Shown: positions 1-10,664 of the stretch, in pieces
Numbering within the stretch: the stretch's first letter is position 1
Layout of the letters: each line of letters opens with the position of its first letter
DNA from: Bacteroidota bacterium
GTDB taxonomy: Bacteria > Bacteroidota > Ignavibacteria > UBA10030
Length of the DNA stretch: 46,424 nucleotides
Direction of reading: 5' to 3'
NCBI GenBank assembly: GCA_017882185.1
Contig: JADGQA010000003.1
Coordinates: 1-46,424, forward strand
Translations under genes and position numbers: made by a program
Notes under the pieces: generated by a model
What the model saw: the letters and a program-made list of their open reading frames with translations, nothing else
Databases searched by the model: none
What the model was told of the DNA's origin: nothing

Positions 1-980
1 GCCGTCGCCTGGTGCTGGATGAATTCAGGAACAATACGTTTCTCTGCGACGATATTGACGAGGCCGATATTCTTTACCCGGATCATTGCACGTCCGACGA
101 GATACGTGAGCCATGATGTCCGGTAAACGACGAACATCGGTGTCGCAAAGCAAGCAGTCTCAAGCGTTGCAGTTCCCGACGTCACAAACGCAAAATGCGC
201 GTTTTGCATGAGTTCGTATATCGAGCCTTTGATCAGATGAACGTCATCGACTTTGAAAAACGTCTTGAAATACTTCTCCTCAAGGGTTGGAGCGACTCCC
301 ACGGCGATTTCCATGTCCAACTCTGCGGCAATACCTTTCGCGGCCTGCAGCATCGAGGGAAAAATGTTTTCAATTTCCTGGAGTCTGCTTCCCGGGAACA
401 GTGCGATGATATCCTTCCCGCTATCAATTCCATATCGCTTGCAGAAACTCGATTTGTCCAATTGTGTTTCCAACACTTCCATCAACGGATGGCCAACAAA
501 CTCTGCATCAATTCCTTCGTTTCTGTAAAATTCCACTTCAAACGGAAAAATGACAAGCATTTTGTCCACCAGTCCTCGCATTTTTTTTACGCGTCCCTTA
601 TTCCATGCCCACACTTGCGGACTGATATAATAGACGATCTTGACACCGTATCGTTTCGCGATGGCCGCAAATCTAAGGTTGAAACCCGGATAATCAATGA
701 GAAGGAGCACGTCCGGTTTTTTGAATTTGACAATCTGCTCCAGCGTGCGTTCCATGGTTTTGACAAACGGGAGATGTTTGAGCACTTCAAAAAACCCCAT
801 AAAACCCAGTTCACGAATGTGGTAGACCAGACTCATCCCTTCCCTTTTCATCTTGTCACCACCTACCCCATAAATGTCAATGTTCGCATCAATCCGTTTG
901 AGCTCCCGCACAACCCCTGAGCCGTGCAAATCTCCCGATGCCTCTCCGGCGATGATCATTACGCGCTTTACCATAGTCAT
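1..980 (-). CDS. lpxB: Lipid-A-disaccharide synthase (3' end runs off the window)
   Basis: Not in the ORF track because there is no stop in the window. Manual reverse translation gives (MT)MVKRVMIIAGEASGDLHG...DYPGFN...YISPQVWAW...FPGSR..E...TSGTATLE, all LpxB motifs. Start is ATG 980 (ATGA overlap with the upstream stop) or ATG 974. Confidence 0.93.
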   Translation of the reverse strand, partial: MTMVKRVMIIAGEASGDLHGSGVVRELKRIDANIDIYGVGGDKMKREGMSLVYHIRELGFMGFFEVLKHLPFVKTMERTLEQIVKFKKPDVLLLIDYPGFNLRFAAIAKRYGVKIVYYISPQVWAWNKGRVKKMRGLVDKMLVIFPFEVEFYRNEGIDAEFVGHPLMEVLETQLDKSSFCKRYGIDSGKDIIALFPGSRLQEIENIFPSMLQAAKGIAAELDMEIAVGVAPTLEEKYFKTFFKVDDVHLIKGSIYELMQNAHFAFVTSGTATLETACFATPMFVVYRTSWLTYLVGRAMIRVKNIGLVNIVAEKRIVPEFIQHQAT

Positions 981-1588
981 CGCCTCAACCATAAAACCAG
1001 CAGGAGAACTAGAACCATGCTGAATGCCTGGAGCGTCCTCTTTTCAGATCGAAGTGCACCAACCCAATACGGTCGCTGGTGGGTCTGCGATTCGTGGTGA
1101 AAAGGTCTCATCCGTGGCAAGAACCTCGGAACGTTTTTGGCATACTCTTCATAGGCGACGCCAAACGATATCCGAAGAAATCCTTCTTCGAGAATCACGA
1201 TCTGATAGTACTGGAAGACAAAGTAAACCGCGGCAACAACGAGAAACCACGGATAGAGCGCATTGGACATTACCCCAATGCCGACGTACAGAAAGATGTT
1301 ACCCAGGTAGAGCGGATTTCGAACAAAGGCAAATGGTCCTGCCATGATGACCTCAGGAGCCCCCACACCGCCTGTAACGCGCGTCAGGCTTCCGGCATAT
1401 GCCACACCCCAATACCGGAGGAACTCGCCCGTGAATGCCAATGCGCCACCAATGATCATCGTGCTGGAAACCGGCTTCGCAAACACAACCATGATAATCA
1501 GAAATGGAATTGGCGTGTAGCTTCTGTATTGAAATAGGTTCTGGCGAAATGATTGCAGTGTCAATTGTTCTTTGCCCAGTTCTTTCAA
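977..1588 (-). CDS. ICMT/PEMT-family membrane methyltransferase, LmtA-like (putative lipid A phosphate methyltransferase)
   Basis: Hydrophobic protein with GPFAFVRNPLYLG, EE and FG.AY.EY...VPRF motifs of the ICMT family. N-terminal LFQYRSY. Coupled to lpxB. Confidence 0.75.
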   Translation of the reverse strand: MKELGKEQLTLQSFRQNLFQYRSYTPIPFLIIMVVFAKPVSSTMIIGGALAFTGEFLRYWGVAYAGSLTRVTGGVGAPEVIMAGPFAFVRNPLYLGNIFLYVGIGVMSNALYPWFLVVAAVYFVFQYYQIVILEEGFLRISFGVAYEEYAKNVPRFLPRMRPFHHESQTHQRPYWVGALRSEKRTLQAFSMVLVLLLVLWLRR

Positions 1589-2307
1589 CCTTGCATAAAT
1601 ACGTCATGCCGGGCCATCTCCGCCTCTCGACGTTTTCTTAATCTTTTCTTGGTAAGCAGAATTTCCAGTCGTTGTTGAACGTCAAGAAACGTTGTGTACT
1701 CGAAATAGGATATATTCTCCTGCTGGCAATACTTAATCAGGTCCTTCTTTGCGAAGACAATGTCGGCATAGTGAATGGGACACCGGTCCGATATCCCATC
1801 ACCCACGTACACAATGATGTCGTCATCCCCGGAAAGCGTAAGCATATGATTTCGTTTACAGTTGCCACAAAAGAGGCATTCCGAATCCGTATAGGGGAAT
1901 GTAACCTCAAGCCCGGCCACGCCGCCGTTATTCACAAACTCCAGATGGTTGGCAAAGAAGGGACAATCCGCAAGGTGGTTGCGATTCAAAATTCTCTGAA
2001 CATAGAAATCCAATCCGTCACTCAGGATGACAAGTGGTATATCGCGCAGGAGGCAGAAATCTCTGAATTGAGAAAAATGCACATCGATGGTAAATTGATC
2101 GACAAATGCCCCGAGCTGAGCAGGCGAAACTCCGGAGACCAGTCTCGCTTCGGCAAGAAGACATTCACGCGCAGTGATTGTGTCATTGAGATACTGACGA
2201 GCTATCTCGTCCGCACCTGTGCCGGCAAATTCTGTGAATAATTCTCTTCCGATATCTTTCTGAGCGACCGTTCCATCAAAATCACAGAATACTCTCAGCA
2301 TGCTCAA
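1585..2307 (-). CDS. HAD-IB phosphatase, MtnX-like
   Basis: DFDGT motif I, LSDG motif II, C..CGNCK, GDGISD motif IV. Start is TTG 2307 or ATG 2301. Confidence 0.8.
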   Translation of the reverse strand: MSMLRVFCDFDGTVAQKDIGRELFTEFAGTGADEIARQYLNDTITARECLLAEARLVSGVSPAQLGAFVDQFTIDVHFSQFRDFCLLRDIPLVILSDGLDFYVQRILNRNHLADCPFFANHLEFVNNGGVAGLEVTFPYTDSECLFCGNCKRNHMLTLSGDDDIIVYVGDGISDRCPIHYADIVFAKKDLIKYCQQENISYFEYTTFLDVQQRLEILLTKKRLRKRREAEMARHDVFMQG

Positions 2308-5300
2308 GACTTCTCCACCTTCTCTCCAAACCGGACTGAGACCAATTTGGAGACCCCCTCTTCTTCCATCGTAACACCATAGAGCGCGTTTGCAGCCTCC
2401 ATCGTTCTCTTGTTATGAGTGACCACGATGAACTGGGTATTATCGGAAAATGCAGCGAGGATTCTGGTGAAACGATCGATGTTGGTATCGTCGAGCGGCG
2501 CATCGACCTCGTCGAGAATGCAGAACGGACTCGGTTTCACGAGATAGATGGCGAACAGCAACGCGATCGCGGTGAGAGTCTTTTCGCCACCTGACAACAG
2601 ATCGATCGAGGTAGGCCTCTTCCCCCGGGGCTTGGCAACAATCTCGATCCGGGCTTCCAGAGGATCGACACCTTCTTCGAGGCGAAGATCGCACTCGTCC
2701 CCTTCATCGAAGAGACGTTTAAACGTAGTAATAAAGTTCTCCCGGATCAGCTCAAATGTCTCCGTGAATTTCCGTTGGGCCGTGGTGTTGATTTCTTCGA
2801 TTGTCTCAAGGATCGTGCGTTCCGACTCAACAAGATCATCCCGTTGGGCAATCACAAAATCAAGACGTTCCTTTTCGCTCTTGTATTCATCAAAGGCGGC
2901 AAAATTGACCGGACCCAGTCCCTTGATCTTCTCTTTCAGCGTTCGGACCGATTCCATCGCTGTGCCAAAATCAAACTGCTCATTGGGAACAATCGCATGA
3001 AATTTCAGTTCGAGATTGAATTCTTCCTGCGCACGAAGAATCAGATTCTCTGATTTCATCGTCAGTTCTTGTATCTTCATCTCGAGGTCGTACGTCGCCT
3101 GCAATGACCCTTCGTGCTTCGCCCGTTCCTGTTTCAACTTCGATTCGATGTCCTGAATCCTGTCACGCTTCGACGTGAATTCCAGATCGATGGCGTGTTT
3201 TCGATCCTTGAGACCTGCCAAATCTGTATGCGCTTCCTTGAGCTTCTGATCAGTTTCGCGAATTTCTGCAACGAGGGTCTCCATTTCTTCTTTGGAGGCC
3301 TGGATATCCCTTAACCGTTGGTCGATGGACCCTGTCATCGATTGGAGCGTCGAATCAGCGTGCTCGATTGACTGCTGCACGCTCCTTTCCTCAGATTTCA
3401 GAGAAAGCACTGCGACATTCGCTTCATTCGCCGCACGCGTAAATTCCGATGCGAGCGCATCCATCGTTTCAAGCTCGGAAGACATGGCGCCGATGGACCG
3501 CTCCGCTTCATTTTTTTCTCGTTCCTTGTTATCGATCGCTGGCAGCAGTTTATTCAGTTCGGTCCTCAACGAAGTGATCTCTCCACTCATTCTCTCCGAC
3601 TCGGCCCTGTTTCGCTCAATGGCGTCCTCTGCGGATTTCTTTTCGAATTCAAGCTGGGCGATACGCACTTCGACTGTCGTCATGTGCTGTTCGATCGAGC
3701 GTGCCTCCTCCGACAGTTCCTTGAGGTTCGTTTTCTCGATGGTCTTTCTCTTCTCGTCTACTTCGCTGGCAAGCGTTGCAGCCTGTTCGTGAAGTTTCGC
3801 AATCTCTTCCGTGAGCTCCTCCAGCTGTGACTTCTTTCCAATATGTCCCCCTTCATCCTGACGAAGGCTTCCACCGCGGACAACGCCTCTGCCCGTGATA
3901 ACTTCTCCCTCCAACGTTATGCAACGCAGACTCGGTTCCCGGCCAATGATCCTGTTCGCCGTCGGCACATCCTCCACGACCAATGTGCCGTCAAAGAGAA
4001 AATCGAATAGCGACCGGTGGTGCTCGCTGCATCGAATGATCGTGCCCGCCCAACCGTGCACACCAGACTCGTCAAATCCTCCCAATGGAATTGAAACAGA
4101 AGGGACTCTGTCGAGACAAATAAATGTTGCCTTTCCCTTCCTGTTCTTCTTCAGGAATTCCATTGCCGAGTAAGCCTGGCCAACGTTCGGGACGATGACG
4201 TACCCGACCGCCTCACCGAGTGCAGTCTCGACAGCCACGCGATATTTCGGGTCAGTGGTGACGGCATCACCGACCGTTGTCTGAATCCGTGTGTTCCATT
4301 CGTCGCTGGAAATGAGATACCGAGCTCCTTCTGAATAGCCATCGTATGTTTCGACCAATCCTTTGAGAAAATCGACGCGTGCCTGTTTTCGCTCGATTTC
4401 GCCACGAAGCGGCAGATCCTTGCCGCGCAACTGTTCGAGCTCGGATTGAAGTCGCACGATGTGCTCTTCCATCTGTTGCGTCCGCACTTCCGCCTGCGCA
4501 AACAATTTTCTCAGTTCCCGGTCTTCACCTGTTAGCGAGAGAATTTCACCCGACGTGCGATCGATTTGTCCCGTGTAGTTGTGACTTTCTTCTGCGATAT
4601 GCTCGATACGGCCGCGAATATTCTCGATTCGCGCTTTGGATTGGTTTTCACGATTGCGCAACTCAGAAACCTCGTGAAGGAATCCGATCATCCTGTCTTG
4701 AACCGCCTTGAGCTCTGTTTTCTTTGCGTTAAGTTGCACTTCAAATTTGTCGAGATCCGCTTTCTTTCGACGATAGATTCCTTCGGACTCGAGTATCTCG
4801 ATTTTGCTCGTCTCGAGAGATCCGAACAGCTCCAATTGTTTGTGTTTCAGTTCCTCGCGTTGCTTCTGCAGATCGATTTGCTCCTGCTCAAACCGTCGCA
4901 CATTGGAGTTGAGAGACTTTTGCCGCTCGTGAGCCGCGGCTTGCTTCTGTTCATGCTGATGGATCGCTTCCTGTTGTGCTGTGAGGTCCGATTGGGCGTT
5001 CGACAATTTTGCCTCAAGTTCCCGTGATTCCTGCCGCAAGACTTCGAGCAGCGTTTCTTCCTGTGCAAGCTCCAGGTCGATCTTGTCCTTTTCATCAACC
5101 GTCTTTGACAACTGATCTTTTAACGGAACGATTTTTTCGATAACGCTATGATACTCTCGCGCCAATAAATCGATTTCGAATTGCCTCAGTTGCTGGTTGA
5201 GCTCGTTATATCTTTGGGCTTTGTGGGCCTGGCGCTCGAGTGAATTGACCGCTTTCTGGACCGTGCTGACGCTGTCATTCAGGCGCGTAAGATCCATCCG

Positions 5301-5852
5301 CACACTTTCGAGTCGTCGAACAGCTTCTTTACGTCTATGCTTGTACTTTGTCACTCCTGCAGATTCTTCAAACAATCGGCGCCGCTCATCGGAATTGTCG
5401 CTCAAGATACTCTCCACCATTTTGAGCTCGATCACTGAATAGGCGTCGGAGCCCATCCCGGTGTCCATGAAGAGATCACGGATATCTTTGAGGCGGCAGA
5501 GAGCCCTATTGATGTAGTACTCGCTTTCACCGGACCGGTACACTCTCCGAGTCAACGTCACTTCAGTGTATTCGGAGGGAAGAATCCCTTTTGAATTCTC
5601 GATCGTCACAGACACTTCGGCGAGATTCAACGGCTTCCGCGATTTTGTACCGTTGAAGATTACGTCTTCCATCTTGTCGCTGCGAAGAGTCGTAGGCCGC
5701 TGCTCCCCCAGTACCCAGCGCAAGGCGTCGACGACATTCGTTTTGCCGCAGCCGTTTGGTCCAACGATCCCTGTGATACCCGAGTCGAAGGCCATGTTGA
5801 TCTTCTGCGCAAATGACTTGAAGCCAAATATTTCCAGCCTGGAAAGATACAT
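2304..5852 (-). CDS. smc: Chromosome segregation protein SMC
   Basis: GFKSF, Walker A GPNGCGKTN, long coiled coils, hinge GKATF, LSGGEK signature, LDEVDAPLD, VVTH. Confidence 0.98.
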   Translation of the reverse strand: MYLSRLEIFGFKSFAQKINMAFDSGITGIVGPNGCGKTNVVDALRWVLGEQRPTTLRSDKMEDVIFNGTKSRKPLNLAEVSVTIENSKGILPSEYTEVTLTRRVYRSGESEYYINRALCRLKDIRDLFMDTGMGSDAYSVIELKMVESILSDNSDERRRLFEESAGVTKYKHRRKEAVRRLESVRMDLTRLNDSVSTVQKAVNSLERQAHKAQRYNELNQQLRQFEIDLLAREYHSVIEKIVPLKDQLSKTVDEKDKIDLELAQEETLLEVLRQESRELEAKLSNAQSDLTAQQEAIHQHEQKQAAAHERQKSLNSNVRRFEQEQIDLQKQREELKHKQLELFGSLETSKIEILESEGIYRRKKADLDKFEVQLNAKKTELKAVQDRMIGFLHEVSELRNRENQSKARIENIRGRIEHIAEESHNYTGQIDRTSGEILSLTGEDRELRKLFAQAEVRTQQMEEHIVRLQSELEQLRGKDLPLRGEIERKQARVDFLKGLVETYDGYSEGARYLISSDEWNTRIQTTVGDAVTTDPKYRVAVETALGEAVGYVIVPNVGQAYSAMEFLKKNRKGKATFICLDRVPSVSIPLGGFDESGVHGWAGTIIRCSEHHRSLFDFLFDGTLVVEDVPTANRIIGREPSLRCITLEGEVITGRGVVRGGSLRQDEGGHIGKKSQLEELTEEIAKLHEQAATLASEVDEKRKTIEKTNLKELSEEARSIEQHMTTVEVRIAQLEFEKKSAEDAIERNRAESERMSGEITSLRTELNKLLPAIDNKEREKNEAERSIGAMSSELETMDALASEFTRAANEANVAVLSLKSEERSVQQSIEHADSTLQSMTGSIDQRLRDIQASKEEMETLVAEIRETDQKLKEAHTDLAGLKDRKHAIDLEFTSKRDRIQDIESKLKQERAKHEGSLQATYDLEMKIQELTMKSENLILRAQEEFNLELKFHAIVPNEQFDFGTAMESVRTLKEKIKGLGPVNFAAFDEYKSEKERLDFVIAQRDDLVESERTILETIEEINTTAQRKFTETFELIRENFITTFKRLFDEGDECDLRLEEGVDPLEARIEIVAKPRGKRPTSIDLLSGGEKTLTAIALLFAIYLVKPSPFCILDEVDAPLDDTNIDRFTRILAAFSDNTQFIVVTHNKRTMEAANALYGVTMEEEGVSKLVSVRFGEKVEKS

Positions 5853-8503
5853 TACCCAAGGCTCCGAGAAATGTCGTATGCGTACTTCAGTGATGAGCTG
5901 ATCGCGTACACCGATTCATAATACAAGGAAATGCCGCCGACCAGTATCCCCAGCACGAAGATGCTGCCGATAAATGCATTTACGGGACGGATGTCGTATA
6001 CGATTGCAATTCCGCTGATCATTCTCGCAAGCGTCCACAGGAATACTACAAGGATGACGGCCATGGAGGGAATGATGTAAAGTGGGTTTTCCATGATCTT
6101 GAAGAGACTCATTGCAAGGGGACTGAGAAAAACGAGGGGCATTGCACTCCACACTGAGACGCCATATGCATGGTACCAACGCACCTTGGTGCGAACCACA
6201 AATGAACAGACTTTGATAATCAGCGAAACAACAAGGGATAGCAGAAAAAAACCGAAAGAAAAGAACAGGATCCCTTCCATGGGATTCCACGTTGCACGGA
6301 TGGCGATTTCTTTGAGCGAGTCGGAAACAACAAAGTAGGTTAGAAGAAAATCGAACAGCCTGTCCGTGCGATAATGATAGAGGATGCTGGAAAAAATGAC
6401 CGCTAGGGTCACAGAGACCAGGACAGAGAGCATTACGGTCTGCAGCAACGAGATCGCCCTGAAATCCCGCAAGTCAGAATAGAAATTGTATGAGCGCATG
6501 AGCGCCCGTTTGATTGCCTCCGCAAATCGACGATTGTAGGCGTATTCGTATCCCAGGACGAGAATCACGAATAGCCCCGAAACAACAGGGGCAACGGGGA
6601 ACGCTGTTTTTTGCGAACCGGGCGGAAGTGCGGCGGTTTTCTCATCCTCATATTGGGCCCTTACCATATCGAAGGCGAGACGTTTTTCTCTGCGTTCACT
6701 CACCAATCCAACCGGATAGAGGTACGGATCCTGCACGTTTACGGACAAAATCGGACGATCGCCTCTCCAATCTGCAAAGGATGAGATGAAGCTTCCTGCG
6801 ATCCCTACATCGCGAATCGCTGCATAGTATTGAAGGAAAAAACGGGCCTGTGCCTGCTGAGAAAGTGGATCATACCAACCTTGCATGTCATTGTGATCCA
6901 CCTCCTTGCTGTAACTCAACAGAAATATGGGTTGGTCGGTGTGTGTCATCTTCCAGGAAGTAAGATGACTCTTGAATGATTTCAGGTCCAGGGCAGTAAG
7001 GTCAAGCGCCGCAATATCGACGTGGCTCGCACACTTGTCATTCGCGAGCATTTGCGTCCCACAATACACTGGCCTGTCGTCCAACGATCGGAACTGCCGC
7101 GCGGCGCGATCAACAAAATGAACGGCATCATCGGTTGCTGAATCGAATTCACTTCCCAATCCCCACGCTAGGATGGAGGGGTTTGGTTGATCCCGCAGAA
7201 CCATTTCGCGAATCATCCCTTCGACAACGACCCGATACGAATCGGTACCCAGAATATCTCCCGGGACATTCCACACAGGAAGCTCCTCAAGACAGAATAG
7301 TCCATACCGGTTACAAAGGTTAATCATGTAAGGGTGCGGAGGATGGAACGCGAATCGAATGGCATTGACACCCAATGATTTCATCATCGCCACATCCCGC
7401 TCCATTTCTTCATAGGTGAGCGATGCGCCTTTCCCCGGATATTCCTCGTGCCAGGAAATCCCTTTCAAAGGGATGTTCACGCCATTGATCAGGATTGCAT
7501 TCCCAACGATCTGTTCTGAGCGGAATCCAAAATTCGTTCTGACCTCATCAACTACTTTGCTTTGTTTTCCTCCGGTTGCAATAATCGCACGGAGAATATA
7601 GAGCGCGGGGTTCTCCGGACTCCACAACTGCAAATGGTTCACGGCAAACGATGTAGCAATCTCCTGATCGTGATTGGCCTCGACAGAAATAGTTTGTGGT
7701 CCGGACTGCGCAATCACGGTGTTCAAAATCCGATCAACAACGTCCAAGGTAAGCGTGTATGTTGCTGGAAAAGCGTTCGCTTGTGTTGTATCGGGATGTC
7801 CAAGGGTGTTGATGTTGTTGCTGATCGTGGTCGCCGCGGTGATGTACCCGTGCTGGAGTGTGCTGTCAACACTTGTACGAAACTGCACGGAGGCTACCCT
7901 GAGCTGTGGTGTCGCAAGCAGATAAATGTCTCTGAGTATTCCGCCGTAGTTGCGCCATCCCCAGACTTGTTTCCTCAACGGCACGCTTGTCCGAGAATTG
8001 AGTCTATTGTTCACAACAACTCTGATGGTGTTTTCCGGACCGCGTTGGAGTGCGTTGTCAGGTATATCAAACGAGAAAGAACTGTAGCCTCCAACATGTC
8101 TTCCCACAAAGACATCATTGACAAATACTTCAGCTTCGTAGTTGATACCGAATGCGACAAACTTGAACGATGAATTGTTAACGAGATCTTCTCTGAGCGA
8201 GAACTTGCGCTGAAACACCATGGTACCGACGTAGTCGAATGAACTGGGGACTTTGACCTGACGCCAATTCTCATTGTCGGTGGAGTATTGCCAGGTGCCA
8301 GCCAAGTCGATCTTACTTCTTGTCGGGGTGTCAGGATCCAATCCTGCGTCTTGACCGAGAAGAGTCCTTTGACCGTTCTCAAAAATGCGTGGCTGAGCTT
8401 GGACCGGGAGAACCAAAACCAGACAAAAGAGACTGAAGATGAACGTGGGGGAAGGAGAGAGAAATGCTGGGATTCTGTTCAATTTTTTGACAGAAATATG
8501 CAA
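5852..8503 (-). CDS. Glycoside hydrolase family 2-like protein with C-terminal multi-pass membrane domain (catalytic residues altered)
   Basis: Signal peptide; GH2 motifs HVGGYSSF, NYGGILRDIYL, LWSPENPALY, FGFR, LKGISWHE, NPSILAWGLGSE; about 6 hydrophobic segments at the C-terminus. TAATG overlap with smc. Confidence 0.8.
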   Translation of the reverse strand: MHISVKKLNRIPAFLSPSPTFIFSLFCLVLVLPVQAQPRIFENGQRTLLGQDAGLDPDTPTRSKIDLAGTWQYSTDNENWRQVKVPSSFDYVGTMVFQRKFSLREDLVNNSSFKFVAFGINYEAEVFVNDVFVGRHVGGYSSFSFDIPDNALQRGPENTIRVVVNNRLNSRTSVPLRKQVWGWRNYGGILRDIYLLATPQLRVASVQFRTSVDSTLQHGYITAATTISNNINTLGHPDTTQANAFPATYTLTLDVVDRILNTVIAQSGPQTISVEANHDQEIATSFAVNHLQLWSPENPALYILRAIIATGGKQSKVVDEVRTNFGFRSEQIVGNAILINGVNIPLKGISWHEEYPGKGASLTYEEMERDVAMMKSLGVNAIRFAFHPPHPYMINLCNRYGLFCLEELPVWNVPGDILGTDSYRVVVEGMIREMVLRDQPNPSILAWGLGSEFDSATDDAVHFVDRAARQFRSLDDRPVYCGTQMLANDKCASHVDIAALDLTALDLKSFKSHLTSWKMTHTDQPIFLLSYSKEVDHNDMQGWYDPLSQQAQARFFLQYYAAIRDVGIAGSFISSFADWRGDRPILSVNVQDPYLYPVGLVSERREKRLAFDMVRAQYEDEKTAALPPGSQKTAFPVAPVVSGLFVILVLGYEYAYNRRFAEAIKRALMRSYNFYSDLRDFRAISLLQTVMLSVLVSVTLAVIFSSILYHYRTDRLFDFLLTYFVVSDSLKEIAIRATWNPMEGILFFSFGFFLLSLVVSLIIKVCSFVVRTKVRWYHAYGVSVWSAMPLVFLSPLAMSLFKIMENPLYIIPSMAVILVVFLWTLARMISGIAIVYDIRPVNAFIGSIFVLGILVGGISLYYESVYAISSSLKYAYDISRSLG

Positions 8504-8524
8504 GAAATGAAGATATTTTCCTTA

Positions 8525-8553
8525 AATATAATACAAAAGGGGGGGGAAAGCAA
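8525..8553 (-). promoter_or_regulatory. Putative sigma70-type promoter of the GH2-smc-lpxB operon, with a C8 tract in the spacer
   Basis: Minus strand reads TTGCTT-17 nt-TATATT; the spacer contains 8 consecutive C (G8 at 8539-8546 on +). Confidence 0.5.
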
Positions 8554-8595
8554 TGAAGAACGTTAAATGAACTACGATTTTCGCTTGAAAATCAG

Positions 8596-9369
8596 CTACT
8601 TCTTGCTTGTCAGGATTGCATTCTCAACAATGGTAACGAATGACTCTGCTTTCAAACATGCCCCCCCCACCAAGGCACCGTCAATGTCGGATTGGGTTAA
8701 AAGTTCTCGTGAGTTCTCGGGCTTTACGCTTCCACCGTATTGAATTACCACCTTTTCAGCCGTCGCCCACGAATACGTTTGTCCAATGATTTTACGGATG
8801 AGCAAATGAACCTCTTGTGCCTGCGCTGGCGTGGCAGTTTTCCCGGTTCCAATCGCCCAGATGGGTTCATACGCAATAATGAGGTTCTCAACTTCTGACG
8901 AGCTTATCTCCCTCAGCACTCCTTTGACCTGGGTCGTGACAATTTGGTCGGTGATGTTTTTTTCGCGTTGTTCCAACGTCTCACCGACGCATATTATCGG
9001 AGTCAAGCCCGAAGACAATGCCTTGCGGGCTTTCCTGTTGATGAACTCATTGGTCTCGTTGAAGTATTGCCTGCGCTCCGAGTGTCCAAGGATGACGTAC
9101 GTGCATCCAACCGATCGGAGCATTTTTGGGGAGATCTCGCCGGTGAACGCCCCCTCGTCTTCAAGATACATATTCTGAGCTCCCAGAGCGATGGAGCTTC
9201 CGGTCAGCAAAGCCTGTACGAGAGACAACGATGTGAAGGGAGGACATACAATGACTTTCGTGTTACCCAGAGGAACCGTAAGCTTGATTTTGATTCCATT
9301 GATCAGGTCTTTTGACTCCTCGGGAGTCTTGAACATTTTCCAGTTTCCGGCTATGATTTTCGGACGCAT
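8596..9369 (-). CDS. tpiA: Triosephosphate isomerase
   Basis: AGNWKM, GHSERR, AYEPIWAIGTG, YGGSV, LVGGA motifs. Confidence 0.98.
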   Translation of the reverse strand: MRPKIIAGNWKMFKTPEESKDLINGIKIKLTVPLGNTKVIVCPPFTSLSLVQALLTGSSIALGAQNMYLEDEGAFTGEISPKMLRSVGCTYVILGHSERRQYFNETNEFINRKARKALSSGLTPIICVGETLEQREKNITDQIVTTQVKGVLREISSSEVENLIIAYEPIWAIGTGKTATPAQAQEVHLLIRKIIGQTYSWATAEKVVIQYGGSVKPENSRELLTQSDIDGALVGGACLKAESFVTIVENAILTSKK

Positions 9370-9456
9370 AGGAGCACATCATCATTAAGAGTGAAATTAC
9401 GAATTGAGTCTGGACTATAGAAACTCACGTATTGCCAAACAAGGCCAGCGGTCCGC

Positions 9457-10620
9457 TCAGGCAGCGATGGCACTCGTTACTTTCTCCGCCGCCTCTTTGA
9501 GAGTCCCTGCGACAAGGAATTTCAATCCGGAATTATTCAGAATGTCGGCTGCCAGGTCGGCATTAGTGCCGGCGAGGCGAATGACGATCGGGATCTGAAC
9601 ATCCACATTCTTGGCGGCCTCGACGACCCCGGTGGCAACGCGATCACAACGGACGATGCCGCCAAAAATATTGATGAGCACCGCTTTGACACTTGGATCT
9701 TTGAGGATTATTCTGAATCCCGCTTCGACGGTGGTCGCATTTGCACCTCCTCCGACATCAAGGAAATTGGCCGGCATCCCACCCGCCAGCTTGATGATAT
9801 CCATGGTTGCCATGGCAAGCCCGGCACCGTTGACCATACAGCCTACGTTTCCGTCCAGCTTGATATAGTTCAAATTCGAGGCCGACGCCTCAACTTCGAG
9901 TGGATCTTCTTCCTCGAGATCCCGCATTTCTGCATAATCGGGATGGCGCTCCAAAGCATTGTCATCAAAGTTGATCTTCGCGTCGAGCGCCAGAACATGC
10001 CCTTCCTGGGTAATGACGAGAGGATTAATCTCTGCAAGCGATGCGTCAGTCGCCTCGTACGCCTTGTAGAGGGCAAGAAAGAATTTGACCGCGTTCTTGA
10101 ACGCGTCACCCGTCAATCCCAATCCAAAACAGAGTTTGCGAGCTTGAAATTGAGTGAGGCCGACAATCGGATCAACCGCCTCCTTGAGAATCTTTTCTGG
10201 AGTCTCTGCAGCCACTTTCTCGATTTCAACTCCGCCCTCTGTGGACGCCATCACCACATTCTGCGAATTCGTTCGATCAAGCGTAATGCCGACATACATT
10301 TCCCGTGCGATGTTCATTCCTTGTTCAATGAGCAGACGGCGGACGATGCGTCCCTCGGGACCGGTCTGATGCGTTATCAACCTCATGCCGAGGATTTCTG
10401 CCGCTCGTTCACGAACCTCTTCCAGGCTTTGCGCCAATTTCACACCGCCTCCTTTTCCTCGTCCACCAGCATGAATCTGGGCTTTGACCACCCAAACGCT
10501 GCCACCGATTTTCTCGGCCGCCTTCACCGCTTCGTCAACGGTAAACGCAACTTGACCTCTCGGAACAGGTACATTGTACTTTTTGAGGATTTCCTTACCC
10601 TGGTACTCGTGTATTTTCAT
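9457..10620 (-). CDS. sucC: Succinyl-CoA synthetase beta subunit
   Basis: [58 protein letters not shown] 10620 has a GGAG RBS. Confidence 0.97.
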   Translation of the reverse strand: MKIHEYQGKEILKKYNVPVPRGQVAFTVDEAVKAAEKIGGSVWVVKAQIHAGGRGKGGGVKLAQSLEEVRERAAEILGMRLITHQTGPEGRIVRRLLIEQGMNIAREMYVGITLDRTNSQNVVMASTEGGVEIEKVAAETPEKILKEAVDPIVGLTQFQARKLCFGLGLTGDAFKNAVKFFLALYKAYEATDASLAEINPLVITQEGHVLALDAKINFDDNALERHPDYAEMRDLEEEDPLEVEASASNLNYIKLDGNVGCMVNGAGLAMATMDIIKLAGGMPANFLDVGGGANATTVEAGFRIILKDPSVKAVLINIFGGIVRCDRVATGVVEAAKNVDVQIPIVIRLAGTNADLAADILNNSGLKFLVAGTLKEAAEKVTSAIAA

Positions 10621-10664
10621 CACTTACTCCGCAATTGTGTTGTTCCCCAAGAACCATCGTTTTC

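Noticed and set aside
195-920. 241-aa plus-strand ORF
   Set aside because: Antisense shadow of lpxB, which is clearly encoded on the minus strand.
9457-10620. sucC without adjacent sucD
   Set aside because: Split sucC/sucD is common in Bacteroidota-related genomes.
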